A stretch of 57,544 nucleotides of DNA, from the NCBI GenBank assembly GCA_947085355.1, contig CAMTWF010000109.1, positions 1 to 57,544 of the forward strand, in the 5' to 3' direction. This stretch comes from an uncultured delta proteobacterium. Lineage in GTDB: Bacteria; Myxococcota_A; Polyangia; DRWM01; JAAZOP01. The position numbers were made by a program, and so were the translations under genes. A model generated the notes under the pieces. That model was given only the letters and a program-made list of their open reading frames with translations, was not told the origin of the DNA and did no database searches. Below, in pieces: positions 1-8,051 of the stretch (positions are counted from its first letter, which is position 1; each line of letters opens with the position of its first letter).

Positions 1-2134
1 CCTGCTCCTGGTACAGGATCACGCCGTACGTCTCGCTGCACACGCGCTCGACGATGGAGATGGCGCACCGGGACGCCCCCTTTTCACCTTCCCTGCGGGG
101 CTGTTCGGCGCTTCGCGCCTCACCGCCGTGCTTGCGCCGTATGTACTGCTCGTCGGCGCCGACCTTGAGCGGCCCGGGGCGGTAGAGCGCCACGGCGGCG
201 ACGATGTCCTCGATCCGGTCGGGCCGCAGGCGCCGCAGCAGCTCCCGGAAGCCGCGCGACTCGAGCTGGAACACGCCGAGCGTCCTGCCGGCCGAGATCA
301 GTTCGAAGACTTTCGGATCGTCGAGCGGCACCTCGGAGATGTCGAAGCCGGCCGAGCCGTTCTTCCGCCGCACGAGCTTCACGGCGGCGTCGATGGCCGT
401 GAGGTTCTTCAGGCCGAGGAAGTCGAACTTCACGAGGCCGACCTTCTCGACCGACGACATGTCGTACTGGCTCACCAGCGCGTCGTCCTTGCTGCGGGTC
501 ACGGGGACGATCTCCCACAACGGGCGGTCGCCGATGACGATCCCGGCGGCGTGCTGCCCGGCGTGGCGGTGCAGCCCTTCGAGCCTCCCGGCGAACTCCA
601 GCAGCCTCCGCACGTCCGGGTTCGACTCGTACTCGGCCCGCAGGCGCGGCTCGACCGCCAGCGCGTGCTCGATCGCCCCCCCGTCCGACTCCTTGTCGTC
701 CGGCGCCGCCGGCGGGATCATCTTGGCCAGGCGATCCCGCTCGGCGTACGGCAGCATCAGCACGCGCCCGACGTCCTTGACCGCCGCCCTGCTGCGGAGC
801 TGGTGGAACGTGGCGATCTGCCCCACCCGGTCGCCGCCGTATTTCCTCGTGACGTACTTGATCACCTCGTCGCGCCGGTCCTTGCAGAAGTCGATGTCGA
901 AGTCCGGCATCGACGGCCTCATCGGATTGAGGAACCGCTCGAACAGCAACCCGAACCGGATCGGATCGATGTCCGTGATCCGCAGCGCCCATGCGACCAG
1001 CGATCCGGCGCCCGAGCCGCGCCCCGGACCGACCGGGATTCCCTGTTCGCGGGCGTACCGGATGAAGTCATGCACTATCAGGAAATACCCCGCGTACCGC
1101 TTGTCGCAGATGATCGCCAGCTCGTGATCCAGCCGCTTGGGGTACTCGCCCTCGGAACCTCGCGGCAAAGCCGCCCGGGTCCTTCCGCCGGACGCCGCCG
1201 GGCGCGCCAGCCGCTCCCGGAGACCGGCGTGGGCCAGGCCGCGCAGGTACGTCTCCAGCGTCTCGCCGCGCGGCACGGCGTAGTCGGGCAGCATCGGCTT
1301 GCCGAGCGGCAACTCGACGTCGCACCGATCGGCGATCTCGATCGTCCGCTCGATCGCGTCCGGGAACCCGGGCAACGCCTTGCGCATCTCCTCGCCGGAG
1401 CGCAGGTGGAGGGCGAGCGTCGAGTGCCCCAGGTTGACCTCGTCCCGGATCGTCTTGCCCTCCTGGATCCGCATGAGGATGTCGTGCGCGGAGGCGTCGT
1501 CGCGGTTGAGGTAGTGGACGTCGTTGGTCGCCGCCAGCGGGATGCCGGTGCGCGAGGAGATGTTGCGGAGGGCGGCGTTCAGCTCCTCCTGCCCCGGGTA
1601 GCCGGTCTGCTGCACCTCCAGGTGGTAGCATCCGGGCTCGAACAGCTCGCGGTACTCCAGCGCCGTCCGTTCGCCCGCCGCCTCGCCGCCGTCGCGCACG
1701 GCCCGCGCGACGTCGCCCGCCGTGCAGCCGCTCAGCGCGATCAGCCCCTGCCGCCGCTCGGCCAGCAGCTTCCGGTCCACCCTCGGGTTGTAGTGGAACC
1801 CCTTCAGGTGCGCCTGGCTGACCAGGTAGACGAGGTTCCGGTAGCCGTGGAGGTCGGCGGCGAGCAGCACGAGGTGGCCGGAGGCGCGTTGCGACTTGTC
1901 CTCCATGTCGCCCGGCGCCACGTAGACCTCGCAGCCGATGATCGGCTTGATCCCCGCGTCGCGCGCCCGGACGTAGAAGTCGATCGCCCCGTACATCACG
2001 CCGTGGTCGGTGATCGCCACCGCGGTCTGTCCCAACTCCTTGAGGCGCCGGAACAGGTCGGACAGGCGCACGGCGCCGTCCAGCAGCGAGTACTGCGTGT
2101 GCAGGTGAAGGTGGACGAAGTCGCCGGGCCCCAT
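1..2134 (-). CDS. dnaE: DNA polymerase III alpha subunit (DnaE), N-terminal ~711 aa; the 3' end runs off the left edge
   Basis: Reverse-strand translation from ATG 2134-2132 reads MGPGDFVHLHLHTQYSLLDGA..AITDHGVMYG (PHP domain) .. GPGRGSGAGSLVAW .. PDFDIDFC .. GVFQLES .. YGVILYQEQ. It is absent from the ORF track because no stop lies inside the window. The + ORF 128..2293 is its antisense shadow. Confidence 0.95.
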   Translation of the reverse strand, partial: MGPGDFVHLHLHTQYSLLDGAVRLSDLFRRLKELGQTAVAITDHGVMYGAIDFYVRARDAGIKPIIGCEVYVAPGDMEDKSQRASGHLVLLAADLHGYRNLVYLVSQAHLKGFHYNPRVDRKLLAERRQGLIALSGCTAGDVARAVRDGGEAAGERTALEYRELFEPGCYHLEVQQTGYPGQEELNAALRNISSRTGIPLAATNDVHYLNRDDASAHDILMRIQEGKTIRDEVNLGHSTLALHLRSGEEMRKALPGFPDAIERTIEIADRCDVELPLGKPMLPDYAVPRGETLETYLRGLAHAGLRERLARPAASGGRTRAALPRGSEGEYPKRLDHELAIICDKRYAGYFLIVHDFIRYAREQGIPVGPGRGSGAGSLVAWALRITDIDPIRFGLLFERFLNPMRPSMPDFDIDFCKDRRDEVIKYVTRKYGGDRVGQIATFHQLRSRAAVKDVGRVLMLPYAERDRLAKMIPPAAPDDKESDGGAIEHALAVEPRLRAEYESNPDVRRLLEFAGRLEGLHRHAGQHAAGIVIGDRPLWEIVPVTRSKDDALVSQYDMSSVEKVGLVKFDFLGLKNLTAIDAAVKLVRRKNGSAGFDISEVPLDDPKVFELISAGRTLGVFQLESRGFRELLRRLRPDRIEDIVAAVALYRPGPLKVGADEQYIRRKHGGEARSAEQPRREGEKGASRCAISIVERVCSETYGVILYQEQ

Positions 2135-2197
2135 CGCCCCGGATCTGCGCGCCGCCGGAGGCGAAGGTCAAGAGCGGGGTGGAGGGGCGCAACCAAA

Positions 2198-2237
2198 CGG
2201 CGGACGGCGCGGACGGCGGACGGCGGACGGCGGACGG
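2198..2237. repeat. Heptamer tandem array (CGGACGG/GGCGGAC) x ~5 in the dnaE / receptor divergent spacer
   Basis: cggcggacggcgcggacggcggacggcggacggcggacgg read directly. The same heptamer recurs at 47110-47125 and 57356-57365. Confidence 0.9.
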
Positions 2238-2295
2238 GGGGCGAGGGGCGAGACTCCGAATTCGTCGCGCCGCGCGACAATTCTCGGGAGTAGAT

Positions 2296-2350
2296 GGACA
2301 GGATGCGATTCTCAACCCGGAATCCTGTGCATCCCGTGCATCCTGTTTCG
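2296..2350. repeat. CAGGATG/CATCCTG-family repeat: short inverted repeat plus 9-mer direct repeats
   Basis: ggacaggatgc (2296-2306) is the complement of gcatcctgt (2338-2346). cctgtgcat/cccgtgcat/cctgtttcg are 9-mers. Same family as 47746-47892. Confidence 0.75.
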
Positions 2351-2413
2351 TCAAGGCCCACCCATGTTTGCCTCTGTTGCGGCGCCGCCGCGCCTGTGGC
2401 AGAGGGGCTGCCG

Positions 2414-4627
2414 GTGAATGCATCCTGCGCTCTGTTCGCGTTCTTCTGCGCCCAGCCGTGGCTGCTCTCCCAGATCCGCGCGGAGGAAGCGACGCCGGGC
2501 GCCGGCATGCTCGCCGGCCAGGTCTTCCTCCGCGGCACGCGCGACGTGCTGCCCGACGCCCGCATCGAGGTGGCCGGGGAGGTCGCGTTCGTCGACCAGG
2601 AAGGGCGGTTCGAGCTGCGGCTGACGGAGGGGACGCACGAGGTGTTAGTGGCGCACGAGGGCTGCCGTCCCCTGGTGACGGTTGTGGACGTGGAGGCCGG
2701 GCGGCGGCTCGAGCTGGCGTTCCGGCTGGAGCGGGAGACCGGAGAGCGGCCGTACGAGACGGTGATCCGCGGCCGGCGGGACGCGGAGGAGGTGACGCGG
2801 ATCAGCCTGACCGACGAGGAGATCCACTCCCTGCCGGGCACGATGGGCGATCCGTTCCGGGCGATCGAGGCGCTGCCGGGGGTGACGCCGATCATCACGG
2901 GCATCCCGTACTACTTCGTCCGCGGCGCGCCGCCCTCGGGCACCGGGTTCTACCTGGACGGCGTGCGCGTCCCCGCTCTGTTCCACATGGCGCTCGGCCC
3001 TGCCGTCGTCCATCCGTCGCTCGTCGAGCGCATCGACTTCTTCCCCGGCGGGGCGCCAGTGGATCTCGGGCGCTACGTCGGCGGGATGGTGCGCGCGACG
3101 ACGCGCCTGCCGGGGGCCGACAGGTGGCGTTCGGAGTGGGATCTGCGGCTGACCGACGTGGGGGCGATGGTCGAGGCGCCGCTGACGGACGAGCTTCGCG
3201 TCGCCGTCTCGGGACGCTACGGCTATCCGGGGTGGCTCATCCAGCTCATCGAGGAGCGGGCGTACCTGCGCTACTGGGACTACCAGGGGCGGATCGAATG
3301 GGAGCCGCGGCGCCGGCACCGCGTCGTGCTCTTCGGCTTCGGGTCGTTCGACGAGATGGGGGAGATCCGCGACGACGGGGCGATCGACGGCCCGCGGATC
3401 CAGTTCCACCGGCTCGACCTGCGGTACGCCTACCGCCACGGCGAGACGTTGCGGGCGGAAGCGGCGGGCTGGTTCGGGTACGACGCCACGCGGATCGAGG
3501 AAGACGCGGAGATCGCCATGTGGGCGGGCGGACCGCGCGCGACGATCGCCTGGGCCCCGGCGCCGTGGATCGAACTGTCGGCCGGGACGGACGTGGAGGC
3601 GCGCGGGTTCCCGGACCCGAACCTGGACGACGAGGACGACGACGCGCCGGAGGTGCGCGAGCGCGACGCGGCGCTGGTCGGCTCGTGGGTCAAGGCGACG
3701 TTCCGCCCCACCGCGGCGACCGAGATCGGCCTGGGCGCCCGCATGGACGTTCACCGCGTGGACCGGGCGGTCGAGACGTGGACCGACGTCCGGTTGAACG
3801 TCCGGCGCCGGCTCGCCGACCGGCTGTGGCTCAAGGGCTCGGCCGGCACGTTCCACCAGCCGCAGTCGTTCATCATCGATCTGCCGGGACTCGGCTCGTT
3901 CGTCCTCGACGCGGGCCCGCAGCGGGCATACCAGCTCTCACAGGGCGTGGAGATCGCCCTGCCGTGGGGGTTGGGTCTCGACGTCCAGGCGTACTACAGC
4001 GACTTCGCCAACCTGAGCGAGCCCGATCTCTTCCGGTTCCACGACGACGAGCCCGCGAACGGCGACGAGGAGTTCGGCCAGGCGTTCTGGAGCCTCGACG
4101 GCGCGGCGTACGGGTTGGAGATCCTGCTCCGCCGGAGACTGGGCGAGGACCTCTTCGGCTGGGTCGCCTACACGATCGGCCGTTCGGAGCGCGACTACCG
4201 CGACGGGCGCGCGCCGTCCGACTTCGACCAGACGCACGTGCTCAACCTGGTGCTTTCGTGGAACGTCGGCGCCGGCTGGCGGATCGGCGGCCGGTTCCAC
4301 TTCCGCTCCGGCCGGCCCTACACGCCGGAGCGCCTGGTCGTGCCGACCGGTCCTCCAACGCCGATGCCGCCTTTCCAGATGATCTGCAGTCCCGCCGGCG
4401 AACGGAACTCGGCACGGCTCCCGCCGTTCTACCGGCTCGACGTGCGCGTGGACAAGAAGTGGACCTTCGAGACGTGGTGGTTCGGGCTCTACTTCGAGTT
4501 CATCAACGTCACCTTCACGCCGGAGGCGCTGCAGATGCTGTGCGACGAGCACGCGGATCCGCCGATCCGGCTGGAGGAGGCGCCCTACATCGTCATCCCG
4601 ACGCTGGGCTTCCGCGGCGTGTACTGA
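2414..4627 (+). CDS. TonB-dependent-receptor-like outer-membrane protein (CarboxypepD_reg-like N-domain, plug, beta-barrel)
   Basis: ORF 2294..4627. G(Q)VF..G.....DARIEV.G......D..G.F.L is a carboxypeptidase-regulatory-like fold. The plug motifs are TRISLTDEEIHSLPGTMGDPFRAIEALPGV and FVRGAPPSGTGFYLDGVRV. The C-terminus ends in an aromatic residue (GFRGVY). Start set at in-frame GTG 2414 before a hydrophobic signal-like stretch; ATG 2294 would translate repeat DNA. Confidence 0.8.
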   Translation: MNASCALFAFFCAQPWLLSQIRAEEATPGAGMLAGQVFLRGTRDVLPDARIEVAGEVAFVDQEGRFELRLTEGTHEVLVAHEGCRPLVTVVDVEAGRRLELAFRLERETGERPYETVIRGRRDAEEVTRISLTDEEIHSLPGTMGDPFRAIEALPGVTPIITGIPYYFVRGAPPSGTGFYLDGVRVPALFHMALGPAVVHPSLVERIDFFPGGAPVDLGRYVGGMVRATTRLPGADRWRSEWDLRLTDVGAMVEAPLTDELRVAVSGRYGYPGWLIQLIEERAYLRYWDYQGRIEWEPRRRHRVVLFGFGSFDEMGEIRDDGAIDGPRIQFHRLDLRYAYRHGETLRAEAAGWFGYDATRIEEDAEIAMWAGGPRATIAWAPAPWIELSAGTDVEARGFPDPNLDDEDDDAPEVRERDAALVGSWVKATFRPTAATEIGLGARMDVHRVDRAVETWTDVRLNVRRRLADRLWLKGSAGTFHQPQSFIIDLPGLGSFVLDAGPQRAYQLSQGVEIALPWGLGLDVQAYYSDFANLSEPDLFRFHDDEPANGDEEFGQAFWSLDGAAYGLEILLRRRLGEDLFGWVAYTIGRSERDYRDGRAPSDFDQTHVLNLVLSWNVGAGWRIGGRFHFRSGRPYTPERLVVPTGPPTPMPPFQMICSPAGERNSARLPPFYRLDVRVDKKWTFETWWFGLYFEFINVTFTPEALQMLCDEHADPPIRLEEAPYIVIPTLGFRGVY

Positions 4628-4718
4628 TCTACCCAACCTCGACTGTGCAGGATAGCCAGCCGGAGCGCTGCGATCGGAGGATGCCGCGTACCCGAGGTCC
4701 CGTACGTGGGCGAGGTAC

Positions 4719-5333
4719 TTACTCGTGTGCGATTGCCCCGGGCGGAGGGCCAAGTTGATCGAGCGGCGGGTCGCCGGGGATGCCGGTCCAGTTGGCCATC
4801 ACGCCGTCGGTCCACACTTCGATCACGGGAGCCTCTTCGAACTGCTCGCGAACCCGCTCGTCGTAGCGTCTTGTGAGAAAAACGAACTCCTGGTTGCGGC
4901 TGCCGTGCCAGCCGCGGCCATCGGTGGCCAGGGCGGCCACGTACGGGCCGGCGATGAGGAGGTCGGTGACCTCGAGCAGGGCGCGGACCTCCGGGAGGAG
5001 GCTCCGCTTCAGGTGCGCGAAGGTGTAGCCGCTGTAGGTCACCACCGAGCCACCGAGACGCCGGGCTTCGCTGGCGAGGCGCGCGCACGCGGCGGCCTGC
5101 TCGAAGGGCTCGCCGCCGCTAACGCTGATGCCCTCGACCTCGCCCTCCATGAGATGGGCGGCGAGTTTCTCGGGCTGCCAGAGGCGGCGGCGTTCGTGGG
5201 GATGGGTGTCGGGGTTGAAGCAGCCGGGGCAACGGATGGTGCAGCCCTGGACCCAGACCGCCGCGCGCCAACCGGGGCCGTTGGTTCGGGTCCGGGGTCT
5301 GATGGCCGAGACGTTGAGAAGCGCTTCAGGCAT
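4719..5333 (-). CDS. Small radical-SAM enzyme of the NrdG/PflA-activase type (Fer4_12/14-like), orphan
   Basis: WVQGCTIRCPGCFNPDTH (CxxxCxxC in the G-C-x3-C-x-G-C-x-N context) and SVSGGEPFEQ (SAM-binding GGEP). The ATG (5333) or GTG (5336) start overlaps the stop of the upstream AAA+ gene (cGTGATGCCTGA). Confidence 0.85.
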   Translation of the reverse strand: MPEALLNVSAIRPRTRTNGPGWRAAVWVQGCTIRCPGCFNPDTHPHERRRLWQPEKLAAHLMEGEVEGISVSGGEPFEQAAACARLASEARRLGGSVVTYSGYTFAHLKRSLLPEVRALLEVTDLLIAGPYVAALATDGRGWHGSRNQEFVFLTRRYDERVREQFEEAPVIEVWTDGVMANWTGIPGDPPLDQLGPPPGAIAHE

Positions 5334-7179
5334 CACGCAGCTCCAACTCGATCAGCTTGCCGTCCACGCGGGCGTGGACGATGCGTCCGCAGCGGAGCTT
5401 CCCGTGGTGCTCGAAAAGGAAGCGCGCCAGCGGGTTCAGGAGATCGCGCTCCACCGCGTTGAGGAGGCCGCGGCCGCCGTGGTCGACGCGCGCGCTCGCG
5501 GCGAGGTGTGCGACGACGTCGTCGCCGATGTTTAGGCCCACCCCCCAGCGTTCCTGAAGATGAGAGCGGAGCGGCTCGAGCTTTCGCTTCAGGATGTCGC
5601 GGCGAAGCTCCTCCTTCTCGATCGCGCGGAACACGACGATGTTGTCGCCCAGGCGATTCAGCAGCTCGGGACGGCGGAGGTCGCGGACGAAGTGGTCTTC
5701 GACGGCCTTCCGGAAGTGGCGCTCGTAGTCCCCTTCCTTGCCGTCCTTCGGCACCTCGGCCGCGCCGATGTTGCTCGTGAAAATGATCACCGACTCGCTG
5801 AACCAGGCGGTCTCGCCACGACCGTCCGTGAGGCGGCCGTCCTCCAAGATCTGGAGGAACTTGTCCAGTACCCGCCCGTGCGCCTTCTCGATCTCGTCGA
5901 AGAGCAGGACGGAGAACGGCCTGGCACGAACCGCGTTCGTGAGCTGTCCGCCATCCTCGAAGCCTACGTAGCCGGGCGGCGCGCCGACCAGGCGCTGATC
6001 GCTGTGCTCGTGGTTGAACTCGCTCATGTCGAACCGGATGCATGCGGCCTCGTCGCGGAACAGGAACTCGGCGCAGGCCTTCGCGAGCTCGGTCTTGCCC
6101 ACGCCCGTCGGCCCGACGAAGAAGAGGGTGCCCTTGGGCTTCATCCTGCGTGCCGAGTGCTGGAGCCCGGCGAGTCCGAGCCATGCGCGGATTATCATCG
6201 TGGCGACGTGGTCGACCGCGGCGTCCTGGCCGATCACGCGCCGGCGGAGTTCGTTGTCGACGCCGGCGAGGCGCTCTTCCGAAAGCTCCTCCCAGGGCGA
6301 GCGCTGATCCCCGAAGCGGTAGAGGTTCAGCAGGCGGTCCGGCGGCAGCTTGCGCGCCCGTGACAGCGCCACGATCTGGCGCAGGTCGGCCATCGTGAGC
6401 TGATCGGTGAGGTCGGCCATGGCTTCGATTCCCGCGCGCCGCTCCGGGACTGGCGGCGCGCCGGGCGCCGGGCGGGGAGCCTCAATCTGGGTGTCGTCCG
6501 CGTGCCGATCGAAGAAGGCCCGACGCTCATCCCGTCCCGGCGTGGGCACGGACACGATCCGCACGCGCGGCTCGCCCTGGTACAGGGCCGGCGGCACCGC
6601 GCCCAGGTTGGCGCTCACGAGCACGACCAGACCGCCGCCGCGGCGCAAGCGGTCGCTGTCGATCCGCTGCGATGGCTCGCCGACGATCGCCTTCGCGAGT
6701 TGCAGGATCCACTCTCGCTCGGCCGCATCCGGGTGCGCCGGCTGCGTAACAAGGAGGTGAGACCAGTCGATGACCAGCAGCGGGCGCACCTGGTCCTGGC
6801 CGATCACTATCCGGTACTGCGCGATCAGCTCGGGGAGGTCCACTCGCCGGCCCGCCGTAGGCGGCGCCGGCTCGGCGCGATCCTCCCCGCCCGCGTCGTA
6901 CGGCTGTCCCCGCCCGGCGTCGGGCGCGACAGTTCGCTTGACTGCCTCGTCCCACCTCCGGGCCTGTTCCTCGTCGGTGAAACGGAGGCCGTCGACTCGA
7001 TCCCAGGTGGCGCGGATCGTGAACTGCCCCAGGCGCCGCGAGAGAAGGGCAGGCAGCGTCAGGTAGTCCGAGCCCGTTCCTGACCAGAACAGATCCCGGG
7101 TGTTGCCGAACAGGACAAGGCCGGAGCGAACGTCGGCCTCGCGGTGAAGCGTAGCCAGCCAGTCAGGATCTTGAGACAT
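5326..7179 (-). CDS. Double AAA+ ATPase: degenerate N-terminal AAA+ module plus ClpA/ClpB-D2-like (AAA_2) active module
   Basis: The D2 module reads VIGQD.AV..V......R..L.......KPKGTLFFVGPTGVGKTELAKA.A..LF....A.IRFDMSEF.E.HS..RLVGAPPGYVGF..GGQLT.AVR..PFSVLLFDEIEKAH..V....LQILEDGRLTDG.G......S.IIFTSN. The N-half has LVLFGNTRD in place of a Walker A, then LLVIDWSHLL and VSVPTPGRDERRAFF. ATG 7179 is preceded by GGAGGTAGGG. The upstream 51 codons of the track ORF overlap the previous gene. Confidence 0.85.
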   Translation of the reverse strand: MSQDPDWLATLHREADVRSGLVLFGNTRDLFWSGTGSDYLTLPALLSRRLGQFTIRATWDRVDGLRFTDEEQARRWDEAVKRTVAPDAGRGQPYDAGGEDRAEPAPPTAGRRVDLPELIAQYRIVIGQDQVRPLLVIDWSHLLVTQPAHPDAAEREWILQLAKAIVGEPSQRIDSDRLRRGGGLVVLVSANLGAVPPALYQGEPRVRIVSVPTPGRDERRAFFDRHADDTQIEAPRPAPGAPPVPERRAGIEAMADLTDQLTMADLRQIVALSRARKLPPDRLLNLYRFGDQRSPWEELSEERLAGVDNELRRRVIGQDAAVDHVATMIIRAWLGLAGLQHSARRMKPKGTLFFVGPTGVGKTELAKACAEFLFRDEAACIRFDMSEFNHEHSDQRLVGAPPGYVGFEDGGQLTNAVRARPFSVLLFDEIEKAHGRVLDKFLQILEDGRLTDGRGETAWFSESVIIFTSNIGAAEVPKDGKEGDYERHFRKAVEDHFVRDLRRPELLNRLGDNIVVFRAIEKEELRRDILKRKLEPLRSHLQERWGVGLNIGDDVVAHLAASARVDHGGRGLLNAVERDLLNPLARFLFEHHGKLRCGRIVHARVDGKLIELELRDA

Positions 7180-7181
7180 CC

Positions 7182-8051
7182 CTACCTCCCCTTGCTTCGA
7201 CCACCGGCCGGCAGGTCGCGGGCCCCCTTCGACAGGCGATCCGGGTTCTTCCACACGACCTGGGGCGGACCGAGCTTGACGCCGAACCGGTCGCGCATCG
7301 CCACCTCCACCTTCTGCATCTCGTCGGCGCACGAACGCCCTTCGTAGCCGTCCAGGTCGAAAGCCATCTGACCGTCGAGCTTGACCTCGAACCGCGCGCG
7401 CCGGCCGCTCGCCAGACGTCCCTCCAGCACGACCACGCCCTCGTCGAGCCGCGGCCCGACGACGACGAAGCCCATGTCCTTGAGCGTGCCCAGAAGCCCG
7501 CGCACTACCTCGCGACGGACGCGCTCGTCGATCGCTCCCGCGGTGGCGGCGCGTGCGCGCTCGTCGGCGGCCGTCACGCTGCGGCCGGCTTCATCGATCC
7601 TCCCGGCCTCGGCGTGCTTCTCGGCCTCCGAGGCGAGGCGCTCGGCCTCCTGCGCGCCGGTCGCGAACCCCTGAGACGCGGCTACGACGGCCCGCGCCCC
7701 GGCCGCGGCCGCGCGCGCCCGCGCGACCGCCTCGGCCTGCGCTTCCGACCAGGCCCGGGCCTGCGCCTCTCCCCGGGCGATCGCCCGCTGGGCGGCGAGT
7801 TGGATCTCTCGAATCCGGTTCATGGCGGCATCCGCATCGCCGGCAATCTGCCTCCGCGCCTCGTCCAGCGTCTTGGCGACCGCGCTGATCTCCGCCGCGG
7901 CGAACTGCTGAACCGCCACGTCGCGCACGCCACGTATCGTCGCGGCGCACGCGTCGGCGAGCGCGGTACACTCCGCGCGGACTTGGGTGAGTCGGAGAGC
8001 CTCGACGCGCTCCCGCTCGAGTTCGAGACGTCGCTGACCGCTCATGCTCAT
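7182..8051 (-). CDS. Hypothetical Ala-rich coiled-coil protein with a ~110-aa C-terminal globular domain
   Basis: In-frame ATG 8051 forms an ATGA overlap with the stop of the upstream gene (8048-8050). The N-half is heptad-like and Ala/Arg/Glu-rich. The C-terminus reads VRGLLGTLKDMGFVVVGPRLDEGVVVLEGRL..FEVKLDGQMAFDLDGYEGRSC. I recognise no family. Confidence 0.65.
   Translation of the reverse strand: MSMSGQRRLELERERVEALRLTQVRAECTALADACAATIRGVRDVAVQQFAAAEISAVAKTLDEARRQIAGDADAAMNRIREIQLAAQRAIARGEAQARAWSEAQAEAVARARAAAAGARAVVAASQGFATGAQEAERLASEAEKHAEAGRIDEAGRSVTAADERARAATAGAIDERVRREVVRGLLGTLKDMGFVVVGPRLDEGVVVLEGRLASGRRARFEVKLDGQMAFDLDGYEGRSCADEMQKVEVAMRDRFGVKLGPPQVVWKNPDRLSKGARDLPAGGRSKGR

Noticed and set aside
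128-4758. Very long + strand ORFs 128..2293 (721 aa) and 2179..4758 (859 aa), plus many overlapping Arg/Pro/Gly-rich ORFs.
   Set aside because: They are antisense or out-of-frame shadows of dnaE and the receptor gene. They have extreme R/P/G/A composition and no motifs, and stop codons are simply rare in ~70% GC DNA.
7182-7500. FDLDGYEGRS in the coiled-coil protein as a glycyl-radical site for the radical-SAM enzyme.
   Set aside because: It lacks the conserved RVxGY/[ST]xR[IV][CSA]GY context. The match rests on a G-Y dipeptide only, so it is mentioned solely as a testable idea.
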